Assembly: GCA_033551855.1 (NCBI GenBank)
Contig: JAWSUI010000054.1
Location: forward strand, 1 to 24,720
Reading direction: 5' to 3'
Source: Deferrisomatales bacterium
Lineage (GTDB): Bacteria > Desulfobacterota > Deferrisomatia > Deferrisomatales > JACRMM01
DNA: 24,720 nt
Position 1 is the first letter of the stretch, and each line of letters starts with the position of its first letter. Both the position numbers and the translations under genes were made by a program. Below are positions 1 through 12,545 of the stretch, piece after piece. The notes beneath the pieces are model-generated. The model was not told the origin of the DNA. It was given only the letters and a program-made list of their open reading frames with translations, and ran no database searches.

Positions 1-50
1 AAGGCGGCCGCACGGTCGGGGCGGGTGTCGTCACCGCCATCAACGAGTAG
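1..50 (+). CDS. tuf: Elongation factor Tu, 3' end (partial)
   Basis: Frame from base 3 reads [18 protein letters not shown](48-50), the conserved EF-Tu C-terminus. Canonical position upstream of rpmG-secE. Confidence 0.93.
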   Translation, partial: GGRTVGAGVVTAINE

Positions 51-75
51 CGGCCTCCAGAGCGAGAATTCTGAC

Positions 76-225
76 ATGAGAGACCAGATCACGCTGTCGT
101 GCACCGAGTGCAAGCAGCGGAACTACATGAGCACCAAGAACAAGAAGACGACTCCCGGAAAGCTGGAGCTCAAGAAGTTCTGTCGGTTCTGCGGGCGGCA
201 CACCCCGCACAAAGAGACGAAGTAG
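76..225 (+). CDS. rpmG: 50S ribosomal protein L33 (Zn-binding type)
   Basis: ATG at 76. [17 protein letters not shown]...[20 protein letters not shown], 49 aa with two CxxC pairs. Confidence 0.97.
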   Translation: MRDQITLSCTECKQRNYMSTKNKKTTPGKLELKKFCRFCGRHTPHKETK

Positions 226-241
226 TCTGAGGGACAATCGC

Positions 242-318
242 AGGCCAGTAGCTCGAACTGGTAGAGCACCGGACTCCAAATCCGGGGGTTGGGGGTTCGA
301 ATCCCTCCTGGCCTGCCA
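242..318 (+). tRNA. tRNA-Trp (CCA)
   Basis: Acceptor stem AGGCCAG/CTGGCCT, anticodon arm CCGGA-CTCCAAA-TCCGG (CCA at 276-278), T-loop GTTCGAATC, encoded 3' CCA. Usual position between rpmG and secE. Confidence 0.97.
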
Positions 319-336
319 GTCTCTCGCGAGGGACCG

Positions 337-531
337 ATGATCGAATTCTTCGAAAAGGCGAAGACGTTCTGGCGCGAGGCCAAGGTCGAGATCAAGAAGG
401 TCACGTGGCCCGACCGGAAGGTGACCGGTGCGTCCACGATCGTCGTGCTGGTGGTGGTGGCGATCGTGAGCCTGTACCTGGGCCTGGCCGACGCCCTCCT
501 GAACTACGTGTACAAGCTGGTCTTGCGCTAG
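337..531 (+). CDS. secE: Preprotein translocase subunit SecE
   Basis: ATG at 337. EIKKVTWP motif followed by one TM helix, 64 aa, upstream of nusG. Confidence 0.95.
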   Translation: MIEFFEKAKTFWREAKVEIKKVTWPDRKVTGASTIVVLVVVAIVSLYLGLADALLNYVYKLVLR

Positions 532-587
532 CCCGCCCCTTCTCCGCAGAAGACCGATCCACCCGCCCTCCTCACAGGTGACCAGAG

Positions 588-1118
588 ATGGCGAAGCAGT
601 GGTATGTCGTCCACACGTATTCCGGCTACGAGAACCGCGCCAAGGCGGGTCTCGAGCAGCGGGTGAAGGAGCTGGGCAAGGAAGAGTCCTTCGGCCAGAT
701 CCTGGTGCCCTCGGAAAAGGTGGTGGAGGTGGTGAAGGGGGAGAAGCGCACTTCGTCCCGCAAGTTCTTCCCGGGGTACATCCTGGTCCAGATGGAGCTC
801 ACCGACGAGACCTGGTACCTCGTGAAGAACACGCCGCGGGTGACGGGGTTCGTCGGGGGCACCACCAACCCGACGCCGATCTCCGACGAGGAGGTCCAGA
901 AGATCATCGGCCAGATGGAGGAAGGCCGCGCCCACCCGAAGCCGAAGTTCGAGTTCAGCAAGGGGGAGCGGGTCAAGGTCATCGAAGGGCCGTTCTCGAA
1001 CTTCAACGGCCTGGTGGAGGACGTGAACCCGGACAAGGGCAAGCTGCGGGTCCTCGTCAGCATCTTCGGCCGGTCCACGCCCGTGGAGCTCGAGTTCTTC
1101 CAGGTGGAGAAGACCTAG
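588..1118 (+). CDS. nusG: Transcription termination/antitermination factor NusG
   Basis: [27 protein letters not shown] and a KOW domain ending [14 protein letters not shown]. Confidence 0.98.
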   Translation: MAKQWYVVHTYSGYENRAKAGLEQRVKELGKEESFGQILVPSEKVVEVVKGEKRTSSRKFFPGYILVQMELTDETWYLVKNTPRVTGFVGGTTNPTPISDEEVQKIIGQMEEGRAHPKPKFEFSKGERVKVIEGPFSNFNGLVEDVNPDKGKLRVLVSIFGRSTPVELEFFQVEKT

Positions 1119-1190
1119 CGTTTCCTGCCGGTCGGCAGCCCGGCCGAGGGCCGGCGACCCGGAACGAACAACCTCACAGGAGTCTCGGAC

Positions 1191-1616
1191 ATGGCCAAGA
1201 AGATCACGGCCCTCATCAAGCTCCAGATCCCCGCCGGGCAGGCCAACCCCTCCCCGCCCGTGGGCCCTGCCCTCGGGCAGCACGGCGTGAACATCATGGA
1301 GTTCTGCAAGGCGTTCAACGCCCGGACCAAGGACGGCAACGGGATCGTCACCCCGGTGGAGATCACGGTCTACGGCGACCGCTCCTTCACCTTCGTGACC
1401 AAGACCCCTCCGGCCGCGGTGCTCCTGAAGATCGCCACCGGCATCGAGAAGGGGTCCGGAGAGCCCAACAAAAAGAAGGTGGGAAAGGTCACCCGGGCCC
1501 AGGTGAAGGAGATCGCCCAACAGAAGCTCCAGGACCTGAACACCACGGACGTGGAGGCCGCGATGCGCACGGTGGAAGGCGCCGCCCGCAGCATGGGCCT
1601 CGACGTCGTCGATTAG
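1191..1616 (+). CDS. rplK: 50S ribosomal protein L11
   Basis: [34 protein letters not shown] signature. Confidence 0.98.
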   Translation: MAKKITALIKLQIPAGQANPSPPVGPALGQHGVNIMEFCKAFNARTKDGNGIVTPVEITVYGDRSFTFVTKTPPAAVLLKIATGIEKGSGEPNKKKVGKVTRAQVKEIAQQKLQDLNTTDVEAAMRTVEGAARSMGLDVVD

Positions 1617-1629
1617 CACACCACTGGCA

Positions 1630-1678
1630 GCGGGAGGGCCAGGGGGCCGGCCGCCCCCGGATGGCCCGACAGGACCGC
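1630..1678 (+). promoter_or_regulatory. Putative L1 autoregulatory mRNA site upstream of rplA
   Basis: GCGGGAG-GGCCA...TGGCCC-GACAG-GACCGC: outer GCGG/CCGC stem, asymmetric purine-rich internal loop and inner stem, resembling the L1-binding rRNA mimic. Lies just before the rplA RBS. Confidence 0.5.
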
Positions 1679-1695
1679 AGCAGGGAGAGACCGAT

Positions 1696-2391
1696 ATGGC
1701 CAAGCGCGGGAAGAAGTTCGCGGAGGCACTGGGGAAGGTCGACCGCCTGAAGAAGTACACCCTCGAGGAGGCGGTTGCCCTCGTCCCGTCCACGGGGTGG
1801 GGCAAGTTCGACGAGAGCGTGGACCTCGCCGTGAACCTGGGAGTGAACCCGGCCCACGCGGACCAGATGGTGCGCGGCACGGTCGTCCTCCCCCACGGCA
1901 CCGGCAAGGGGGTTCGGGTCCTCGTCTTCGCCAAAGGCGAGAAGGAGAAGGAGGCCCGGGAAGCCGGAGCCGATTTCGTGGGCGCCGACGACCTGGTGGC
2001 GAAGATCCAGGGGGGCTGGCTCGACTTCGACAAGGCGGTCGCCACCCCGGACCTGATGGGACTGGTCGGGCGGCTGGGCCGCGTCCTGGGCCCCCGGGGC
2101 CTCATGCCCAACCCCAAGACCAACACCGTCACCCTGGACGTGGCCACGGCCGTGCGCGAGCTCAAGGCCGGCCGGGTGGAGTACCGGGTGGACAAGGCGG
2201 GGATCGTCCACGTGCCGGTCGGGCGAAAGTCCTTCGCCAACGACCAACTCCGCGAGAACGTCCGGGTGGTGCTCGACAGCCTCCTCAAGGCCAAGCCGGC
2301 CTCGGCCAAGGGCACCTACGTCAAGGCCGTCGCCCTGTCGACCACCATGGGCCCGGGTGTCAAGGTGGACACCGTGGAGTTCCGGGCCTAG
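1696..2391 (+). CDS. rplA: 50S ribosomal protein L1
   Basis: [41 protein letters not shown] and STTMGPG motifs. Confidence 0.98.
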   Translation: MAKRGKKFAEALGKVDRLKKYTLEEAVALVPSTGWGKFDESVDLAVNLGVNPAHADQMVRGTVVLPHGTGKGVRVLVFAKGEKEKEAREAGADFVGADDLVAKIQGGWLDFDKAVATPDLMGLVGRLGRVLGPRGLMPNPKTNTVTLDVATAVRELKAGRVEYRVDKAGIVHVPVGRKSFANDQLRENVRVVLDSLLKAKPASAKGTYVKAVALSTTMGPGVKVDTVEFRA

Positions 2392-2500
2392 CCCGGCTGG
2401 AGTGGAGCCGGAGGGCCCGCGCAGAATCGGAGGACAGCGGCCCCCGCCCTGCCCCGCGGCCCTCCGCAGGGAAACACACCGCAGGAAGGATCACCTTCCA

Positions 2501-2564
2501 GGCCGTACGAAGACCGCAGGTGCCTCTGTTCCGCAGGGAGGCTTAATCTCCTGCCGAGTCGGCC
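2501..2564 (+). promoter_or_regulatory. L10 leader (rplJL autoregulatory RNA)
   Basis: AAGACCGCAGG(2510-2520)...GCCTC/GAGGC stem...TTAA...CCTGCCGAG(2550-2558) matches the L10-leader core pattern, upstream of rplJ. Confidence 0.75.
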
Positions 2565-2655
2565 GGGGGGATGGGTGGGCGCCCCATTCCTCGATCGGCG
2601 GCCGGAAGCGTCAACCGCAACCGATGCGAGAGAGGAAAGGGGGTCGTAAGCGCGC

Positions 2656-3174
2656 GTGAACAAGACGGAAAAACAAGCCACCGTTACGGAGCTTCGCGAG
2701 AAGTTCCAAGGGGCCCAAGCGGCCATCGTGACCGAGTACCGGGGCCTGACCGTCGCCAAGGTCAACGAGCTTCGGAGATCGCTGGAGAACGAAGGGGCCG
2801 TCTACCGGGTGGTGAAGAACACCCTTGCCCGGCTGGCCCTGGAGGGCACCGAGTACGAGGTTCTCCACGGCGAGTTCAGCGGCCCCGTGGCCGTGACCTG
2901 GGCCTACCGCGACCCCGTGGCGGCCGCCAAGGTCCTGACCCGGTTCGCCAAGGACACGCCGGTCCTGACCGTTCGCTCCGGCGCCTTGGGGGGCAAGCTC
3001 CTCACCGCCGCCGACGTCGAGGCTCTCGCCAAGCTGCCGAGCCGCGAGCAGCTCCTCGGCCAACTGCTGAGCGTGCTGGTCGGACCCATGCGCAACCTCG
3101 TGGGCGTGCTCTCGGGCGTGCCCCGGAGCTTCGTCCAGGTGCTCCACGCGATCGAGGAGAAGAAGGCCGCCTGA
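2656..3174 (+). CDS. rplJ: 50S ribosomal protein L10
   Basis: GTG start. [17 protein letters not shown] and [14 protein letters not shown] motifs. Confidence 0.97.
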   Translation: MNKTEKQATVTELREKFQGAQAAIVTEYRGLTVAKVNELRRSLENEGAVYRVVKNTLARLALEGTEYEVLHGEFSGPVAVTWAYRDPVAAAKVLTRFAKDTPVLTVRSGALGGKLLTAADVEALAKLPSREQLLGQLLSVLVGPMRNLVGVLSGVPRSFVQVLHAIEEKKAA

Positions 3175-3233
3175 CCGGCGGTCCCCACTCCCAAACCCAA
3201 CCCATACCCATTCCGTCAGGAGGCACAATCGCC

Positions 3234-3617
3234 ATGGCCATCAGCAAGGAAGATGTCGTCCAGTTCATCGAGAACATGACCGTCCTGGAGCTCTCTCAGC
3301 TCGTGAAGGAGCTCGAGGAGAAGTTCGGCGTCACGGCGGCGGCGCCCGTCGCTTTCGCCGCCATGCCCGGGGCGGGAGCCGAGGCCGCGGCCCCGGTGGA
3401 GGAGAAGACCGAGTTCGACGTCAAGCTGACCGACACCGGGGCGCAGAAGATCCAGGTCATCAAGGTGGTCCGGGCCCTGACCGGGCTGGGGCTGAAGGAG
3501 GCCAAGGACCTGGTGGACGGCGCGCCGAGCATGGTGAAGGAAGCCGTGAGCAAGGACGAGGCCGAAGACGTCAAGAAGAAGATCGAAGAGGCCGGTGGGA
3601 AGGTCGAGATCATCTGA
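3234..3617 (+). CDS. rplL: 50S ribosomal protein L7/L12
   Basis: ATG at 3234 after [54 protein letters not shown]. Confidence 0.98.
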   Translation: MAISKEDVVQFIENMTVLELSQLVKELEEKFGVTAAAPVAFAAMPGAGAEAAAPVEEKTEFDVKLTDTGAQKIQVIKVVRALTGLGLKEAKDLVDGAPSMVKEAVSKDEAEDVKKKIEEAGGKVEII

Positions 3618-3671
3618 GTTTCGCCCCGCGGCGGCCGGAACGGACCTCGGTTCCTGCGCCCTCGTCGTCCA

Positions 3672-3711
3672 GGGGTGCACGGAGGGGTATGCCCTTCGTG
3701 CGCCCCGTTTT
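3672..3711 (+). terminator. Putative rplL-rpoB attenuator / intrinsic terminator
   Basis: 15-bp stem GGGGTGCACGGAGGG / CCCTTCGTGCGCCCC (two G-U pairs) followed by GTTTT. Analogous to the known rplL-rpoB attenuator position. Confidence 0.55.
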
Positions 3712-3804
3712 CCGTTTCTCCCTCCCGGACTCCCCGTGCCCCGTTCCGGCAGGTACCCGGCCGCGGCGCCGGTTGCGCTCTGACCCAGAAGGAGACGAGA
3801 CCCC

Positions 3805-6800
3805 ATGGCAAACCCTGTGGCCGACACCCGCAGGCTTCGGCGCAAGTTCAACAAGATCGAGACGGTCGTCGCGATCCCGAACCTGATCGAAGTCCAGAAG
3901 GCGTCCTACGAGCGGTTCCTGCAGACCGACGTGCCCCCCGAGATCCGGGAGAGCTTCGGTCTCCAGAAGGTGTTCCACAGCGTCTTCCCCATCCGGGACT
4001 TCGGGGAGACGGCTTCCCTGGAGTTCGTCCGCTACGAGCTGGGCGAGCCCAAGTACGGCGTGGACGAGTGCGTCCAACGGGGCATGACCTACGCCCGGCC
4101 GATCAAGATCACGGTTCGTCTGGTCGTGTGGGACGTGGATGAGACCGCGGGCACCCGGAGCATCCGGGACGTGAAGGAGCAGGAGGTCTACTTCGGGGAA
4201 ATCCCGGTGATGACCGCCCACGGCACCTTCATCGTCAACGGCACCGAGCGGGTGATCGTCAACCAGCTCCACCGGTCCCCAGGGGTCTTCTACAGCCACG
4301 ACGAGGGGAAGAAGCACTCCAGCGGCAAGTTCCTGTACTCCGCCCGGGTCATCCCCTACCGCGGCTCGTGGCTGGACTTCGAGTTCAACCACAAGGACCT
4401 GGTCTTCGTCCGGATCGACCGGCGGCGCAAGCTCCACGCCACCGTGCTCCTCAAGGCCCTGGGGTACTCCCACCAGGAGATCCTCGACCTGTTCTACGAC
4501 AAGCTCGCGGTGCGGATCGACTGGGAGTCCGGGAAGGCCGACAAGGAGCTCCGGGTGGACCTCCTCAAGGACAGCCGCGCCACCGAGGACCTGGTGCACC
4601 CCGAGACCGGCGCCGTGCTGGTCAAGAAGCAGCGCAAGATCAGCGGGGCGAAGCTCAAGCAGCTCCAACGGAGCAACGCCGCAGCCCTTCCGGTGACCCT
4701 CGAGGACCTGGAGGGCCAGCTCGTCGCGGAGGACCTGGTAGACCCCGAGACGGGCGAGGTGCTGGCCGAGAGCGGCCACGAGATCTCCCACGGTCTTCTG
4801 GAGCGGCTGCGGGAGAAGGGGATCGGGGACCTCCGGGTGCTGTTCATCGACAACCTGAGGGTGGGTCCCTACGTTCGCGACACCCTCCTCGACGACAAGG
4901 TCGACGGCAAGGACGAGGCGATCATCGAGATCTACCGGCGCATGCGCCCGGGCGACCCGCCGACCCTGGACACCGCCACCAAGTTCTTCCAAAACCTCTT
5001 CTTCAACCCGGAGCGGTACGACATCTCCGAGGTGGGGCGCCTCAAGCTCAACCACAAGCTAAAGATCTCCGCCCCCCTCGACCAGCAGGTGCTCACCCGG
5101 GAGGACATCCTCGCGGTGATCCGCTACCTCGTGGGGCTGAAGAACGGCCAAGGGACCATCGACGACATCGACCACCTGGGCAACCGCCGCGTGCGCAGCG
5201 TGGGCGAGCTCCTCGAGAACCGGTACCGGGTCGGTCTGGTGCGCATGGAGCGGGCCGTCAAGGAGCGGATGAGCCTTCAGGAGGTGGAGGCCCTCATGCC
5301 CCACGACCTGATCAACTCCAAGCCGGTCACGGCGGTGGTGAAGGAGTTCTTCGGCTCGGGGCAGCTCTCCCAGTTCATGGACCAGACGAACCCCCTCGCG
5401 GAGACCACCCACAAGCGGCGGCTCTCGGCGCTGGGGCCCGGGGGGCTCACCCGGGAGCGCGCGGGCTTCGAGGTGCGCGACGTCCACCCCACCCACTACG
5501 GGCGCATCTGCCCCATCGAGACCCCGGAGGGCCCGAACATCGGCCTCATCGTGAGCCTCTCGATCTACGCCCGCGTCAACGAGTTCGGCTTCATCGAGAC
5601 GCCCTACCGGAAGGTCGCGGACCGGGTGGTGGCCGAGGAGACCACCTACCTGACGGCGCTGGACGAGGAGGAGCACACGATCGCCCAGGCGAACGCCCCG
5701 CTCGACGCCGGCCACCGCTTCGTCAACCCCATGGTCAACGCCCGGAAGAACGGGGACCCCTTCCTGGTCTCCGCCGACGATGTGGACCTCATGGACGTCT
5801 CGCCGAAGCAACTGGTGAGCGTCGCGGCGGCCCTCATCCCCTTCCTGGAGCACGACGACGCCAACCGGGCCCTCATGGGCTCGAACATGCAGCGCCAGGC
5901 CGTGCCGCTGCTCCGGACCGAGGCCCCGCTCGTGGGCACGGGCATCGAGGGAGTGGTGGCCCGGGACTCCGGCGTCACGGTGGTGGCGCGGCGGGACGGG
6001 ACGGTCGAGAGCGTGGACTCGTCCCGCATCGTGGTCCGCTACCAGGAACAGGAGGGGCAGGACGTCCACACCGGCGTGGAGGTCTACGGGCTGACGAAGT
6101 TCCAGCGCTCGAACCAGAACACCTGCCTCAACCAGCGGCCCATCGTCGATGTGGGGGATCGGGTCAAGGCCGGCGACGTCCTGGCCGACGGCCCCGCCAC
6201 GTCCCTGGGGGAGCTGGCCCTGGGCAAGAACGTGATGGTCGCCTTCATGAGCTGGGGGGGCTACAACTTCGAGGACTCCATCATCATCTCGGAACGCCTT
6301 CTCGAGAAGGACACCTTCACCTCGATCCACATCGAGGAATTCGAGTGCGTAGCCCGGGACACCAAGCTCGGCAAGGAGGAGATCACCCCCGACATCCCCA
6401 ACGTCGGTGACCGGAAGCTCAGGGACCTGGACGAGACCGGCATCGTGCGCATCGGCGCCGAGGTGATCCCGGGGGACATCCTGGTCGGCAAGGTCACCCC
6501 CAAGGGCGAGACCCAGCTCTCCCCCGAGGAGAAGCTCCTCCGGGCGATCTTCGGGGAGAAGGCCGGAGACGTGAAGGACACGAGTCTTCGAGTACCCCCC
6601 GGGGTCGAGGGGATCGTGGTGGACGCCAAGGTCTTCAGCCGCAAGGGCGGCGATGAGGGGGAAGAGGTGTTCGAGGAGCGGGAGGCCGACCGGCTCCGCA
6701 AGGAGATGGGAGACGACATCTCCATCCTGCGCAGCGCTACCCACAACTCCATCCGCCAGCTCCTGGTGGGCCAGAAGGTCGCCATCGACCTGGTGGACCT

Positions 6801-7926
6801 GGAGGGTGCGGTGGTGGTGCAGGAGGGCACCACGATCACAGACGAGGCGCTGGCCCGGGTGCCCCGGGAGGCCTGGGGCGAGATCCCCCTCCTCGACGCC
6901 CCCCAGCGGGAGGACAAGCTCTTCGAGCTCGTGGAGCGCACCGACGAGCAGGTGGCCGAGGTCCGCAAGCGCTACGAGGAGCGGATCGAGCGGCTGCGCG
7001 AGGGCGACGACCTCCCCCCGGGCGTGATCAAGATGGTCAAGGTGTACGTCGCCATCAAGCGGCGGCTCTCGGTGGGCGACAAGATGGCGGGCCGCCACGG
7101 AAACAAGGGGGTCATCTCCAAGATCGTGCCGATCGAGGACATGCCCTACCTGCCCGACGGCACCCCGGTGGACATCATCCTGAACCCCCTGGGGGTCCCC
7201 TCCCGGATGAACGTGGGCCAGGTGCTCGAGACCCACCTGGGGTGGGCGGCTCGGGGGCTGGGCCAGCAGATCGAGCAGGTGCTCCGCTCGAAATACTCCC
7301 CCAAGGCCCTCCGCAAGAAGCTCAAGGAGTACTACGCAGACCGGGAGAGCCGGGCCCAGATCGACCACGCCTCCGACGAGGTGGTGCTGGAGTTGGCCCG
7401 CCAGGCGGCCCGGGACGGGGTGTACATGGACAGCCCCGTCTTCGACGGCGCCGAGGAGGAGGAGATCTGGCCGCTCCTCAAGGAAGCGGGGCTTCCGGAG
7501 ATCGGGCAGACCGTGCTCCACGACGGGAAGAGCGGGGACGCGTTCCACAAGAAGGTCACCGTGGGCGTCATGTACATGCTCAAACTCCACCACCTGGTCG
7601 ACGACAAGATCCACGCCCGCTCCATCGGGCCCTACAGCCTGGTCACCCAGCAGCCCCTGGGGGGCAAGGCCCAGTTCGGCGGCCAGCGCCTGGGCGAGAT
7701 GGAGGTGTGGGCGCTGGAGGCCTACGGGGCCGCCCACATCCTGCAGGAGATGCTCACGGTCAAGTCGGACGACGTGGCCGGGCGGACGCGCATCTACGAG
7801 TCCATCGTGAAGGGCAAGAACGTGCTCGAGCCGGGCCTGCCGGAGTCCTTCAACGTCCTCATCAAGGAGATGCAGGCCCTGGCCCTCAACGTGGAGCTGC
7901 TCGAAGAGGAAGAGGGCAAGGGGTAG
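3805..7926 (+). CDS. rpoB: DNA-directed RNA polymerase subunit beta
   Basis: 1373 aa. [25 protein letters not shown] and [18 protein letters not shown] motifs. Confidence 0.99.
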   Translation: MANPVADTRRLRRKFNKIETVVAIPNLIEVQKASYERFLQTDVPPEIRESFGLQKVFHSVFPIRDFGETASLEFVRYELGEPKYGVDECVQRGMTYARPIKITVRLVVWDVDETAGTRSIRDVKEQEVYFGEIPVMTAHGTFIVNGTERVIVNQLHRSPGVFYSHDEGKKHSSGKFLYSARVIPYRGSWLDFEFNHKDLVFVRIDRRRKLHATVLLKALGYSHQEILDLFYDKLAVRIDWESGKADKELRVDLLKDSRATEDLVHPETGAVLVKKQRKISGAKLKQLQRSNAAALPVTLEDLEGQLVAEDLVDPETGEVLAESGHEISHGLLERLREKGIGDLRVLFIDNLRVGPYVRDTLLDDKVDGKDEAIIEIYRRMRPGDPPTLDTATKFFQNLFFNPERYDISEVGRLKLNHKLKISAPLDQQVLTREDILAVIRYLVGLKNGQGTIDDIDHLGNRRVRSVGELLENRYRVGLVRMERAVKERMSLQEVEALMPHDLINSKPVTAVVKEFFGSGQLSQFMDQTNPLAETTHKRRLSALGPGGLTRERAGFEVRDVHPTHYGRICPIETPEGPNIGLIVSLSIYARVNEFGFIETPYRKVADRVVAEETTYLTALDEEEHTIAQANAPLDAGHRFVNPMVNARKNGDPFLVSADDVDLMDVSPKQLVSVAAALIPFLEHDDANRALMGSNMQRQAVPLLRTEAPLVGTGIEGVVARDSGVTVVARRDGTVESVDSSRIVVRYQEQEGQDVHTGVEVYGLTKFQRSNQNTCLNQRPIVDVGDRVKAGDVLADGPATSLGELALGKNVMVAFMSWGGYNFEDSIIISERLLEKDTFTSIHIEEFECVARDTKLGKEEITPDIPNVGDRKLRDLDETGIVRIGAEVIPGDILVGKVTPKGETQLSPEEKLLRAIFGEKAGDVKDTSLRVPPGVEGIVVDAKVFSRKGGDEGEEVFEEREADRLRKEMGDDISILRSATHNSIRQLLVGQKVAIDLVDLEGAVVVQEGTTITDEALARVPREAWGEIPLLDAPQREDKLFELVERTDEQVAEVRKRYEERIERLREGDDLPPGVIKMVKVYVAIKRRLSVGDKMAGRHGNKGVISKIVPIEDMPYLPDGTPVDIILNPLGVPSRMNVGQVLETHLGWAARGLGQQIEQVLRSKYSPKALRKKLKEYYADRESRAQIDHASDEVVLELARQAARDGVYMDSPVFDGAEEEEIWPLLKEAGLPEIGQTVLHDGKSGDAFHKKVTVGVMYMLKLHHLVDDKIHARSIGPYSLVTQQPLGGKAQFGGQRLGEMEVWALEAYGAAHILQEMLTVKSDDVAGRTRIYESIVKGKNVLEPGLPESFNVLIKEMQALALNVELLEEEEGKG

Positions 7927-8019
7927 CCCTGCCCGTCGCCGGCCTACCGGCCCTCCAACGGACAACGGGCAACGAACGACGCGCAAAACACGGGACATCC
8001 CCCAGAGGAGGCTAGGCCC

Positions 8020-12210
<4,191 letters not shown>

Positions 12211-12401
12211 CGCGCCGCCACGGGCCCTTCCGGCGACCTTTGGTGTGCCCGCGAGGAAGTTCTTGCCGCTTGAGAGCGGGAAACACTTGACCCGGAACCG
12301 GGATCTATGACCCTCTTGAGAGGCCGTTAGGCAGGGAGTACGCTCGTCGCTCGGCAACGGAAGTGTACCGATCGTCTGGAGGGGGGGTTTCGCGTGAGCG
12401 T

Positions 12402-12545
12402 CCCGCCGGTGAAGATCTCGGAGGAGGGGATCGATCCGGCATCGTCCAACACGCAGTACCGGAGGAGGAAGAGATGAGGAAGCTCGAGTGGCTCAAGCTC
12501 GCGATGGTCGGCCTGGTGGCCGCACCCCTGGCCCTGACGGGCTGC
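12402..12545 (+). repeat. Duplicated leader plus signal-peptide region, copy 1 (copy 2 at 15155-15297)
   Basis: CCCGCCGGTGAAGATCTCGGAGGAGGGGATCGATCCGGCAT...GCAGTAC...AGGAGGAAGAGATGAGGAA aligns with 15155 onward. Signal peptides are 19/24 aa identical. Confidence 0.9.

Noticed and set aside
3184..3212. CCCA-rich run between rplJ and rplL
   Set aside because: Short low-complexity unstructured spacer before a strong RBS, with nothing further to support.
5347..5445. Substitutions in the RpoB rifampicin cluster I ([27 protein letters not shown])
   Set aside because: The key Gln, Asp, His and Ser contact residues are intact, and the differences look like ordinary lineage variation.
7956..7976. 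Heptamer run CAACGGA-CAACGGG-CAACGAA between rpoB and rpoC
   Set aside because: Only three imperfect units with no spacers. Not a CRISPR array and no supportable function.
12287..12315. TTGACC as a -35 element for cytochrome 1
   Set aside because: No convincing -10 hexamer at 16-18 nt spacing (TATGAC is only 13 nt away), so not called as a promoter.
12325..12400. Possible known riboswitch (c-di-GMP-I, cobalamin, yybP) upstream of cytochrome 1
   Set aside because: A hairpin GTACGCT...AGTGTAC exists, but I could not find the conserved cores of these families.
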